64,000 nt of DNA from Octopus bimaculoides (lineage: Eukaryota): contig NC_068981.1 in the NCBI RefSeq assembly GCF_001194135.2, positions 20,901,715 to 20,965,714 of the forward strand. The letters run 5' to 3'. Each line of letters begins with the position of its first letter. The stretch's first letter is position 1. The notes under the pieces were generated by a model, which saw only the letters and a list, made by a program, of their open reading frames with translations, made no database searches and was not told the DNA's origin. The translations under genes were made by a program, and so were the position numbers. Below, piece by piece: positions 1 to 11,960 of the stretch.

Positions 1-250
1 TTTGCTCATTTTAACACAAAACTTTATTGCATAGCAAGCTTCCAAATGTCCTGATTGCATTCCACAAACTAGTCAGTATTTAGAAGGGTGTTTTCAAAAT
101 GTTGTTACAACTGTCTCCTTCAATCTGGATTAACAAAAGTTGGCAGGTCAGCTTATTAGATGCATAGTAATGATATACAAAAATTACAATAATTTAGAAG
201 AGTTACAACTGCCTCTCCTAAAAAAGACTCAAAACTTTTGGAATGCACCT
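1..250 (-). mobile_element. Mariner-type transposon 5' end (runs off the window start)
   Basis: TA plus TIR-like aggtgcattccaaaagt at about 250; ATG at 60 gives MQSGHLEACYAIKFCVKMSK, similar to the mariner N-terminal EQRYAIKFCVKLGK. Confidence 0.7.
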
Positions 251-1026
251 TATATTCTCAAAATTACCTTCCACCATAAACCAAGTTATTCAATCTCACA
301 TTATTTATAGGTAATTACACTTGGAATTGGGTAACTAAATCCTTTTCCATCCCTAGAGGGAAAACTATTCAGTCTATTTCAAATTGCATGAAAACCATCA
401 CTGATGACCATATGCTATAATAATTAACCATACTGGTTCAATGACAAAAGTACACCAAGGAGAAGGTATAAAGTGTGAAGAAATCTCTTGGTGACTGTCA
501 CACCAACCTTCGACAGTAGCCTATCAAAGATTCCATTAGAGGATCCTAGTGATAGGGGAGGAAATGTGGAGTGGATAGTTTCTTAAAGTTAGAACAGAGG
601 AAGTAAAATATAAAAGAGTGGGTGGTAGAGTGTAAATAGATCAAAATCAGTTGAAATGGGAAGAGGGTAATGAAGACCAGATGAAGTGAGAATGCAAAGC
701 AAGATATGGACAGAAGGACACATACACAAGCGAAGTGGAAAAAGAAATAGAACAGCTAGCAGAGGAATAAGATATATATAAAGAGTGGCCAATTTGTGAA
801 AAATATAGAGGTTGTAAAGAATAGGAATTACAACATAATTGTCTAGAGAAGTGATGAGCAAAAAAGTATAGTAGTCTGTGGTAAGTGTTAGGGAAGATAG
901 GACAGAAATGAGGGCTAGAACATACAAACTTCACATCACAGACTGGGATCATTACAAACTCTACCACCCTCTTCTTTAAATTTTACTCTCTCCTCCATTA
1001 TGGGTGATATATATATATATATATCT

Positions 1027-1225
1027 ATCATCATCATCATCGTTTAATGTCCATTTTCCATGCTAGCATGGGTTGGGCAATTTGACTGAGGACTGGCAGA
1101 CCAGAAGGCTGCACCAGGCTCCAATCTGATCTGACAGAGTTTCTACAGCTGGATGCCCTTCCTAATGCCAACCACTCTGAGAGTGTAGTGGGTGCTTTTA
1201 CGTGCCAGTCAGGCGGTACTGGCAC
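1027..1225 (-). mobile_element. RTE-derived 3' end. Further copies: 1470-1690(+), 5083-5155(-), 11965-12180(+), 31352-31520(-), 39824-40105(-), 44490-44800(-), 50455-50602(+), 56640-56850(+)
   Basis: Shared catcatcatcgtttaa...ccatgctagcatgggttgg...gctggatgcccttcctaa.gccaaccac consensus. Confidence 0.85.
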
Positions 1226-1689
1226 TTCCTTCAGGTTGGGTAACCATGTATTTCCTTCGTGTTAGCGCACCTGTTACTGTCTTCATTCCTGATCTTTCTC
1301 TCTCTCTCTCCGGACAGGTAACCTTGTACATCCTCTACGACAAGACACCTATTTCTGTCTCTCTGTCTCACTATAACCTTTCATCAGCTGACACAAGATC
1401 ACCTCCTCCAATGCCCACTCCCCTCTTGAGAGTTTTATTTTGTCATGCAAGTACTTGGTGACCCTGTCAGTGCATCCAGCTGTAAAAATCTTGCCAAAAC
1501 TGACCTCGCCTGTGCTTGTGCCATGTAAAAAGCACTAAGCCCACTCTGCTGAGTGGTTGGTTTTAGGAAGGGCATCCAGCAGTAAAAATCCTGCCAAAAC
1601 AGTCACAGAAGTTTGGTGCAGGCTCCTGCCTAGCTGGCTCTTGTCAAACTGTCCCACCCATGCTAGCATGGAAGGCAGACGATGATTGA

Positions 1690-2500
1690 CATGCGTTGGA
1701 TGGTTTGACAGATGTACCAGGCTCCAGTTGTCTGTTTTGGCATGGTTTCTACAGCTGGATGCCCTACTTAAAGTCAATCACTTTACAGAGTGTACTGGGT
1801 GCTTTTTACGTGGCACTGGCACGGGTTCTTTATATGTGGCTCCCGCATGAGTGCTTACTATGTGGCACCAGCACAGGTGCTGTTTACATAGCACCAGCAT
1901 GAGTGTTTTTATGCGGCATCAGCATGGGTGCATTTTATATGGCACCAGAACGGATGCTTTTTATGTGGCACCAGTATCTGTGAGCTTGCAATACAAGGAC
2001 CTATCAGTTGAGAGCATAGCAGTGAAGGACATACCAGTATGTATGGATGGCCATGATTTTACTTAGCTTGATGTGTCTTCTCAAACACAGCAAATCACCA
2101 GAAGTCACAGTCCCTTGTCATCTCAGTGAGGCTCAATGTATGAAGATCTTTTCTCATCACTTTGTCCCATGTTTTCCTGGGTCTATCCCTTCCATAGGTT
2201 CCTTCACAATTAGAGATGGGCACTTTATACAGCTGTCCTTAACCATATGCATCACATGACCATACCAGTGCAGTCTTCTCTTGTGCACACTACAACTAAT
2301 GCCTCTTGCACCATCAGTGATGTTTCTGGGGTCTTAGGGAGTTTTTTTGGGTCTTTCAACATCAGACACCCTGGCCTAGTTGACCCAGCTGGGGTTGAAG
2401 TCTCAGCTTACATCCTAGCAGTAGCAAATCACTGGTCAGTCCTCTTTGTGCAAAGCTATCTAGTGGCCTTTACTGCATACACATTAATACAGTAGGAAGG
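1690..2500 (-). mobile_element. 5'-truncated RTE LINE: RT C-terminus, stop, 3' UTR with 7x26-bp VNTR
   Basis: WDKVMRKDL...FAVFEKTHQAK* continues directly into a UTR homologous to the other (GAT)n-tailed copies. Confidence 0.8.
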
Positions 2501-2559
2501 AAGAGGTGAAAATAATGGTTATTTGGTCTGTAATTCAATCAAAATATGATGATGATTAT

Positions 2560-3200
2560 CGTCTATGTTATGATGACATGAGTTGTACACTTAGCACTTT
2601 CAATGTAATATTTTTAATGACATTTGGTGAACCTTAACTTCAAGCCTTGTTTCCAGGATAATCTCTAATTAACATTTAATTAACATTTCTAAAGCACATT
2701 AAACTGTGTTAAGATTTATCTCTTGTAGTGAGTGACTTTATAAACAACGAAGTCAGTGGATTTACATATAAAATAGTTGAAGTACTGAATATAATTTGAG
2801 TGATAAGTTATTTCCTCTGTAATCCAGTGCACTTAGAAAAATTAGCAACAGTACTGTTTGATAGTTATTGATACTTCCAGCATGTTTGCAACAGATTCAT
2901 TTGGCGGTGAGAACTTTGTTATCCCACATGTAAATAATGTTGGGATTTGTTTCATTATATATTTATCATAATTCTTTGTTCAAGAATACCCTATTAAATC
3001 ATTTTCTTGTTGAAAAGTTTTGAAGATGAAATTCTGAAGAAATAAAACATTTTGATCTTTTATTAATAATAGTTATGACAGTAACAATTTCCATTCCATA
3101 ACTACATAGTGTATTGAGATTTCAAATAAATGATATACAACACAATATTGAGTTAAAATGGCAGATAACACAAGTCTGTTATATTAAAACTCGTTGTAGT
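2560..3200 (-). mobile_element. Possible second Penelope-like remnant
   Basis: TIINKRSKCFISS...VVYKVTH..DKS resembles thumb plus GIY-YIG; highly degenerate. Confidence 0.4.
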
Positions 3201-3639
3201 TTAATAGTAAGTGGAATATTCTCAATTAAGCATCACTAGGATCGTGGCAGTGTTTAGAATTAGAGTGACAATAATAGCAGACAATTATGGTCAAATAATA
3301 ACACTACTCTTGTCTCACATACAATAACATATTAGAGATCTAACACAGTCACAAATAAACACTATTATTGTGGCAGGTTTTTAAGCTAACATTTAAGACC
3401 TAACACACACGTGATTGTTTTAATTAAATGCTACACAGCTACATATCTAACAGAATTAACAATTAACAATCAAGTCCATCTAAACTTGGAAATAACCTAT
3501 TTTACTAATGTAATGACAATATTTGTTGGCTTATGCACTCTACAGTGACCAAAATGCAGGCTTATCAAATATAGAATGAATCTATGACACAAATGATGCT
3601 CTCTGTTAAAAGGAAAATATAATTATGAAGAGCATTTAT

Positions 3640-4745
3640 TTGTCAAGGAGAAAGCCTTTGGCAGACTCCCTTACTTTGTGATATTATGGTCACTGAGTAG
3701 ACGAATAGTTTGTGAGGGCCATACAAGCCATGTATAAAGATGAAGTCAGCAAAGTAAATCTACAATGAATACAGTGATGAATTTAGTTGCCAAGTCTAAC
3801 AGAGCTCAGTTTTCAGTCCCTTTCCATTTATCATAGTCCTCTAGGCTATAACAGAAGATTTTAAGAGCAGTAGACCGTGGGAATTCCTATGTCCAGTGAC
3901 CTAGTTCTTATACATTAATCTACAGTAGAATTACAGTAAAAAATCCAGATGCAGACGCAAAATATTGAATTGAGAGCTTTCAAAGTAAACTTAACAAAAA
4001 CTAGAGTATCAGTAAGTATGAAAGAAAAATAGAATAGACAAGGATACCATATGGTGTAACTAGGGTAAACTATGAAATAAAGAGATGTGAAATTACAGGC
4101 AGGTGAACAGAGAAAGACTTTGTATGTGGCAAATATATGAAAGTAATAAAAACTAAAAACACAGGGAAAATAGATTCTCTCAAATGCTTAGAAGGTCTCC
4201 AAGAAGTACTCAATTGTTTCTGTTAGTTAGGTGAACTAATTAACAGCGGAGATGTCCTGAAAGTATAGCAACCAGAGTTAGAATGAGTCAGAGAAAGTCA
4301 AAGGAGCTACTACTTCTGTCAGTAACAAAGAGTTTTGTATGATGCATGTGTACGAAGTGTAATGTAGCATGGCTGTGAGATGTGGGGCTCTAAATGCAGA
4401 AGATTTGCAATGATTAGATTGAAATGAAATGAGCATGCTCTGCTGGATGTGTGACATCAATGTGCAAGAATGATACAGAACAAATGAGCTGAGAGAAAAA
4501 AATTGGACATGTGATGTGTAATGGAAGATGACAGATGTATGAAAAATGTAGGACACTCAAAGTGGATGGAACCCGTGGAAGAGGAAGACATGAAATGAAG
4601 CAGTGAAGACTGATTTCATGATGTTAAGCTTCATGGAGGAGATGACAAAGACTGGAGTGAATGGCGACATACAGTAATGGAGAAAACCTGCCCACCTGTG
4701 CAAACACAGTGAAATGGACATTAAAAATGGTGGTAGTGGTGAAGG
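3640..4745 (+). mobile_element. Degenerate RTE LINE RT 3' part, short-tail type
   Basis: Remnants resembling LYDACVRSVMLHG.E.WAL, MLCWMCDI and RGRHEMKQ; ends aatggacattaaaa plus a GGT/GAT-like tail. Confidence 0.75.
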
Positions 4746-5155
4746 GTGTGTAATTAAGAACTTTGCTATCCAGCCAAATAGTTTCAGGTTCAATTTCATT
4801 GCATGGCACATAGTGAGTTCTACTATAGCTCCAGAACAATTATAGCCCTCGAGTGAATTTGTTAGCTCATTAAAGATATGTGTGTGTGTCTTGCTTGTTT
4901 TTAATTTCCCATTAAAACATGTCTGGGCATGAGGAAATACTACCTTACTTGGAAACAGGTGAGAGTTGGTGACAGGAAGGGCATACAGCTATAGAAAATA
5001 TGCCCCAAATTCCATGTGATATACGTAAACAGAGAAAAGTGAATCTTAAAACAACAAAGATATATATATATATATATATAAAATCATCATCATCATCATC
5101 ATTTAACGTCCATTTTCCATGCTGGCATGGTGGCATGGGTTGGACGGTTTGACTG

Positions 5156-6037
5156 NNNNNNNNNNNNNNNNNNNNNNNNNNNNNNNNNNNNNNNNNNNNN
5201 NNNNNNNNNNNNNNNNNNNNNNNNNNNNNNNNNNNNNNNNNNNNNNNNNNNNNNNNNNNNNNNNNNNNNNNNNNNNNNNNNNNNNNNNNNNNNNNNNNNN
5301 NNNNNNNNNNNNNNNNNNNNNNNNNNNNNNNNNNNNNNNNNNNNNNNNNNNNNNNNNNNNNNNNNNNNNNNNNNNNNNNNNNNNNNNNNNNNNNNNNNNN
5401 NNNNNNNNNNNNNNNNNNNNNNNNNNNNNNNNNNNNNNNNNNNNNNNNNNNNNNNNNNNNNNNNNNNNNNNNNNNNNNNNNNNNNNNNNNNNNNNNNNNN
5501 NNNNNNNNNNNNNNNNNNNNNNNNNNNNNNNNNNNNNNNNNNNNNNNNNNNNNNNNNNNNNNNNNNNNNNNNNNNNNNNNNNNNNNNNNNNNNNNNNNNN
5601 NNNNNNNNNNNNNNNNNNNNNNNNNNNNNNNNNNNNNNNNNNNNNNNNNNNNNNNNNNNNNNNNNNNNNNNNNNNNNNNNNNNNNNNNNNNNNNNNNNNN
5701 NNNNNNNNNNNNNNNNNNNNNNNNNNNNNNNNNNNNNNNNNNNNNNNNNNNNNNNNNNNNNNNNNNNNNNNNNNNNNNNNNNNNNNNNNNNNNNNNNNNN
5801 NNNNNNNNNNNNNNNNNNNNNNNNNNNNNNNNNNNNNNNNNNNNNNNNNNNNNNNNNNNNNNNNNNNNNNNNNNNNNNNNNNNNNNNNNNNNNNNNNNNN
5901 NNNNNNNNNNNNNNNNNNNNNNNNNNNNNNNNNNNNNNNNNNNNNNNNNNNNNNNNNNNNNNNNNNNNNNNNNNNNNNNNNNNNNNNNNNNNNNNNNNNN
6001 NNNNNNNNNNNNNNNNNNNNNNNNNNNNNNNNNNNNN
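5156..6037. other. Assembly gap (N run); further gaps at 29038-29130 and 52259-52364
   Basis: N characters; the gaps fall inside an RTE tail, a (TA)n tract and the piggyBac respectively. Confidence 0.99.
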
Positions 6038-7460
6038 AATATTTTGACAAATTAAATTTAAATGTTGAAGTGAATCTAACGGATTTTGTGTGTTATTTTA
6101 AATGGCTTATAAACACCTTCCACGCTGCAATTGTTATATATATATCATCATTTAGCACCCTGACATATGTTGGACCATACACACACATACCATCATGGGA
6201 TAGGCAAAATCTTTGTGTATGTGCTTATATACATATAAATAAGTACACATATAATTGGGTTTCTTTATCCAAAATGCTATTGTCAAGTCTACATCTGCTA
6301 CATCCCCTGCCATTTTGACACTTTCTCATCTCTCCACCAATTGTACTTCCTTCTCTTTACTGTATTAGTCTGCTGGTGTAACTAAGAATATCAGCCCCAA
6401 TACCTCTTACCAACACCCTTTCAATACTGCCAGTCATCATTCCTTCTCCTGAAAGCCACTAGTCTCTCTTGCCTCAATAGCTCTGTTTCTACTATAATTT
6501 TGTAACCTTTGCCCCACCATATTTTTGCTCATCACTCACTCACTCTATTCAACTTCTCAGATATAGACATGTATAGGGTGAAAAGACAAATAATAGAGTC
6601 ATTTGTGTGTCGCACAGAAAGCTTTGTGGTATTTGTTCTAATGATTTGAATTCCAAGCTAAAATCCCACTGAAATCAACTTTACCTTTCATATTTTAAGG
6701 GTAGACAAAAAGGTACCAATCCAAGACAGTGAAGTGGTGAAACTGTAAGAACATTGAACTGGGTGCCTTGTGGTATTTGTTTCAGTTTAATGCATTTTGA
6801 ATTCAAATCCCATCATGGCTTATTTGGGTGGTAGATCTAACCTATCATCCATTTTAACACCACCACCTGGCATCTCTCTGTTGCAAGCATTCAAACCAGA
6901 AATCTGGTTTGAGAACACCTTTCTCCTTCCCACCAGTCTGGGAAGCCTTGTAATGGGTCATGGGCACTGCCTTCCTTCCTGGCAAAAAGAAAAAAGAACT
7001 TCACCATTGTTACAATAAAACTGACCCCCATATACTCTGTAAAGTGATTGACAAACAAGTATAGACAATGTAGGCTCAAGAGGATTCTTTCATTTTGCTA
7101 AGGACATACTGGTACTGGTGCTAAGGACATCTCTGGTACTGGTGCTGCAATAAAATGTAGCCATTCACTTGGTAAAGTGGTTTATAAGAACATCTAGCCA
7201 TAGTAACCAAGTTAAAGATTAAATGTACAAGTGAGACATGGTTCTCTAACCCATCTGGGAGAACAGTAACTTTGAATAAGAACTACCTCAGCTCCTGATA
7301 CTTGTCCAACTTATGCCAGTGTGGAAAGCAGACGAAATAATATGGAAGCTAAAAAAAGGAGTTCTAGAAGTTATAAAAATAAAGAACTGTCCTGAAAGTT
7401 AAGAACAGAAGAAAAAGTTGGAATTGCCATGGTTACCAGAAAGGTAGTTCAGTGTAAAAC

Positions 7461-7770
7461 ATCATCATCATCTTTAACGTCGGCTTTCCATGCTAGCATG
7501 GGTTGGACGATTTGATAGAGAACTGGTGAACCAGATGGCTACACCAGGCTCCAATCTGATTTGGCAGAGTTTCTACAGCTGGATGCCCTTCCTAACGCCA
7601 ACCACTCAGAGAGTGTAGTGGGTGCTTTTACATACCACCGGCACAAAGGCCAGTCAGGCGGTACTGGCAACGGCCACGCTCAAAATGGTGTATTTTACGT
7701 GCCACCTGCACAAGAGTCAATCCAGCGGCACTGGCAACGATCTCGCTCGAATGTCTTACACGTGCCATCA
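7461..7770 (-). mobile_element. RTE-derived 3' end with about 2.3 copies of the 66-bp unit
   Basis: Near-identical to 31352-31520 and 1027-1225; units at 7621, 7687 and about 7753. Confidence 0.85.
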
Positions 7771-8199
7771 TGATTTTGCTTTCGCTTGCCCCACAATCTA
7801 ATACTTTGTTACTTTCTGGAAGTTTCCTAAAAGTGGCAAAACTGTTCCAAACAGTCCACCTTAACAGCTGTTGATACTCCATATCACTGGAGTACTGTTC
7901 CCTTTCTTTTTGATGGGATGCTTCTTTTAATCATTGACATCAAAACTCAAATAACATCAAAACTCTTGGCTACCTAAGTTCTTCATCAGAAGGTATATTT
8001 TCTAAAAACACTAACCATAAGCATTTCAAACTTCCTATAACTGTCCCTAATTGTTAACTGAAACTGATCCAATTAACTCTTTCTCTATGTTATAAAAAAG
8101 TAAAAAAATGACTTCCCTTTGGGGCAGATAGATCTATGTGCATGTGCCAGTTTTCTGATTCAAGAGAAATTTACATGAAGAAATGTAATACAAGTTGAA

Positions 8200-9290
8200 A
8201 TAAATGTATGACCACCTTTTTATTGAGAACATGAATTTGAAATCAAGAAACAATATTTTTAGGTTAAATATAATGGATAAACAATGAAGATAAGTAATGT
8301 TGGGATGTTGAAATTCTGTAGATGTTACACTGACGAAATATTTGCTGTTGATTAAAGAGAAGAAAGCAATGTTTTTTTCTTTTCTGAGAAAATGTAGTTG
8401 GTGAATGAGGTAACACTAAACATCTATATAACATTACACTGACGACGCTGGAGACTAATTCGAATGTTTTGATGAATGGAATTCAAATTTGTTTTGTTTC
8501 TAAAATTAAGAATTACTTTTAGATGAATTAAAGCAGTGAATAATTGAAAACAATGGGAATTGAAGTAAATGATGGTAGAGGAGACATTGTTAGAGAAGGG
8601 TTGTTTAAAGTCACCAATTGTTTATTGGAGTTTTATCAAGAATAACACCTCCCAAACTTTTATTCACTATAGAACAATAAAATTTAAGATTTGGAGGATA
8701 CATCATTTGTGCTCCGACATCAAGTGTATTCTGTGAGATAATTTGATAACGATATATCAGAACTACTCAAAAGCTTTGTTAGACAAGACAGCAGAATAAA
8801 AACTGAATAAACCTGTAAACTCAAAAACTCCCAGTTTAGTGTTAACATCATACCTGAAATTGCAATCATGGTAAATTCATTGTGAAAGACTAATAAAAAA
8901 CCCACAGCCACCTTTTGCTCTGCAGAAATGACAGGGGATAGTAATTCTAGAGTTATTGGAAGTGGTACTAGATTGATATCATATTTGATAACAGTAGTAA
9001 TAGGATGTTGACAGTTTAATGTGATGAGATTTTCCAGGTTTTTTTTAAACAAAATACCACAGAAGATATGGATGGCTACATGAACAGTTGATATTCTCTC
9101 ATTATCCTATTGATTTAGGTGTCTTTAAACTTTTCAGTAAAACCAATAAGTTGGACAGGAAACAGTTCTTACAACAAAAATGTCCTAAAGAGGTGATCAA
9201 TACACAGAAATGACAGGAATCATCTAACAAAGATGTCTGGAAAATAAAAGAATTTTTTTCTTTATATATAATTATGAATGTTTCTGAAAA
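8200..9290 (+). mobile_element. Penelope-like element remnant (RT, thumb, GIY-YIG)
   Basis: LKFCRCYTDEIFAV (resembles KFWRRYVDDIFA) at about 8305-8350, FVLRHQVYS..FDNDISELLKSF, Y.FRC...VGQ.T at about 9110-9170; order matches Penelope ORFs; many stops. Confidence 0.6.
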
Positions 9291-9295
9291 TGATG

Positions 9296-9434
9296 TCACA
9301 TGAGATGCTGGGTAAAGGTAGACATGGTTTCTCCATATCCTTCAGAATGGTTTTTCGTCAAATTTTGCAGTATCTCCTGCATCAAGTCAATGCCGTACAT
9401 GAGTTCTTGCACTACATACGCATCCATCTGTTTT
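9296..9434 (-). CDS. Orphan terminal-exon-like ORF (xKQMDAYVVQELMYGIDLMQEILQNLTKNHSEGYGETMSTFTQHLM*), product unknown
   Basis: Strong acceptor aattaattttcttttatgtttcag; only one of three frames is open (about 45 codons to TGA); family not recognised; abuts a Penelope-like remnant. Confidence 0.35.
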
Positions 9435-9875
9435 CTGAAACATAAAAGAAAATTAATTGTTAGTGAGATTCAATGGTGATTGTAACCAAAGTGAACAAGA
9501 AATAAATACGATTCTATAGATGAATTTTAATTAATGTACTGAATTACAACAAAATTTTAAAAAATGACTTTTAAAAATATTATATTAAATATGAAAGGTA
9601 ACAAGTTAGCCACAATATAGAAATTTGTTTAAGAGTATATGATTCTTCATTAAGTCTAATAATACACAACTTTATCCCCATCAACTCAATTTTGGTTCTT
9701 ATTACACTTCATAATTTAATCTTGCTAATTCTATCATTAATGCAGATGTGGATGCATCTGATAGCTGTCTGTACTGTAATCAAGAAGGCACTTAAGAACA
9801 GCCTTCCGGAAAAGGATCTAGATATAAAGAAGTGATAAGTTGGGTGGAAAAGTTATTAAGCTGTTAGCATATTAT

Positions 9876-9910
<35 letters not shown>

Positions 9911-11714
9911 TAAATATGTTATTAGACTTTTGGGCATGACAATATTCTACATTACCTCAGTTCAACTAAAATAAGTAGTGACCTTTTCTGAGTAAACCCC
10001 CCACCCCACCTGTTACTAGCATGTTTTCCAGCTGAAAAATATGTCACCCAGAGATTTCGTAAAAAAAAATTACAAAAATACAGCCCATTTAACCAGGGGT
10101 GTCTACTGCTAACTCATAAAAGATGTATTTCCAGACAATAATTGGTTTTACAATAAACAACACCAAGTTATGAGAAAATACCAGAAAATTTCTCTTGATT
10201 GACTTATAAAAACCACACACACACACAGACATTCTCCTTGAAAGGGTATGGAAAAGGTAGTAGTCTGACCCCAAAAAGACTATAAAGAAACAACCTGCAA
10301 ATAAAGTTGTTTCTATTTTCTATATTTATCTACTCAGTCATACATATAAATCTACTACTTAAATACTAGTTTTTAATAGTTAATTTCCAAACAAATGACA
10401 TCACGCATATTAAACAAGTGTAAAGGATGGACCCGTACATAAATGCATAAATCTGAAACTGAAATTCTTTGATATGTTCAAATTTAAATTTCATTATTTT
10501 TCAAACATTTCGAATTGAATCTCAATTTCAAAAGAAAACTCTGAAATTCGAATCTGATTTGAGCTATTAAAGATTAGTGGTGGTGATATAGTAGAGTTGG
10601 TGAGAATTCAAGTGAAGAGAAGGAAGAAATTGAACAAAGTTCAAAGGAGTTAGGAATAACGAGGATATCAAGAAACAAGTGCACAAAGTGGATTTAGGTG
10701 AAGACATGAAATGCATTCAACAAGTTTACAAGAGCCAAAGGTCCCTAAGAGTAAACTTTTGAGCCTTGATTGCAAGTACCAGATGAGATTGGAGCCAATG
10801 TAGGTTTACCTCAGGAAGGATCAGTCATTCAAAAATACACAACTCAATTGAAGAAAGCTTTTGGTAAGATATCAAAGAAACCATCTTATGTTACTATAGT
10901 GAAAAGAGCTAGAGGTGGGTGAGAATAAGATGGATATCAGAATACAGAACTAACATGGAGTTCTCTGGCCAGGTTGTACTGTTGTCTAGAGAATAAAAAC
11001 GCCCTTAAGTGCAGCCACCTGAAAAAGGAATAGATTTTGCATAAAAATAAATTTTTGTAGATCATAGTGGTATATTTATTCTAATGTTCTTAAATTGTTA
11101 AAAAAGTTTCATTTAACATCCACTATTCCATACTAGTATGGGTTAAAAGAATATGCATTGTGCATAGTATAGTAGACAAGATATTGCACTTCCTATCACT
11201 AATCCTTATTTGCTTTCCAATAAGTCTTTTTTCACTTTATTCACCTTTGAATGCTGAGCTACAGGATGATTTGTTAGTGTGGAAATGTCAATGTTATTTT
11301 TTTGCTCAATGCTTTTCATGTGAGGACATGGAAGATTTAGCATGCACACAGATATGAGCTTCCAAGGCAATGGTCGGCCCAAGAAACAGTAGAAGACACT
11401 TGCTCAAAATGCCACTGCATATCATCTGGAACAAGCGAGACCAAGTGGTAACACAGCAAACTCTGTATTCACGCAGCCATAGTTAGGCTTATATTGATGA
11501 TTATAATAAACATTTTCTGTATATTTAATATAATTTTCTTTAATGTAGCCTTTAACTACAAAAAAGTTCCCCACTTATGGACAAAATTATTATTGTATAT
11601 TATGAAAATTCTAAAAGTAGAGAAGATTACTAGGACATTGTAAATACAATCTTAAAATAATTTCCTGTACACTATCATGAGGAAAATCAGGCGCAAGAAT
11701 GGCCAATAGACACA

Positions 11715-11960
11715 AGTGTGACGATGTGGTTAAGAAGCTTGCTTTCTAATCATATAGTTTCAGGATCAATCCCACTGAACATCACTTTAGGCAACTGTCT
11801 TCTACAACAGTCCTGGGCTGACCAGTCTTTTGAGTGGATTTGGTAGACAGGAACTGAAAGAAGCCTGCCACACCATTAACATCATTTGTTGCCCATGTTC
11901 CATGGTGGCTTGGGTTGGACTGTATGTATGTGTGTGTGTACTGTGTACCCTTGCCTTTAC
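11715..11960 (+). mobile_element. tRNA-derived SINE (tgtggttaagaagcttgct family). Other copies: 4740-4900, 29785-29930, 35545-35610, 40150-40480, 60838-60935 (+) and 11355-11480, 38375-38735, 39340-39480, 40745-40890 (-)
   Basis: Shared gtggttaagaag...ttca.tccca...ggcaagtgtcttctac...gtgagtggatttggtagac consensus followed by (TG)n. Confidence 0.8.

Noticed and set aside
589-967. Hydrophobic ORFs of 106-112 aa (also 45194-45436, 47462-47992, 55995-56195)
   Set aside because: They arise from pyrimidine-rich repeat tails that give few stops; not membrane-protein genes.
1797-1977. CRISPR-like look of the palindromic 26-bp and 66-bp arrays
   Set aside because: No unique spacers, the units diverge along their whole length, they sit in a LINE UTR, and there are no cas genes in this animal DNA.
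5103-6318. Long ORFs of 306-399 aa in the ORF track (also 28957-29181 and 52202-52405)
   Set aside because: Artefacts of N gaps translated as X.
7950-7995. CTGATGAAG followed by a possible stem on the minus strand (hammerhead ribozyme core)
   Set aside because: The required GAAA after stem II is absent (reads ttgatg); at best a dead remnant. Similar partial cores at 402 and 1385 also fail.
8720-9299. Minus-strand ORFs of 110 aa and 65 aa
   Set aside because: Antisense to the Penelope-like remnant; no splice support or recognisable domain.
10420-10570. ttcgaa/ttcaaat-rich segment suggesting a MITE
   Set aside because: No matching terminal inverted repeat or TSD could be defined.
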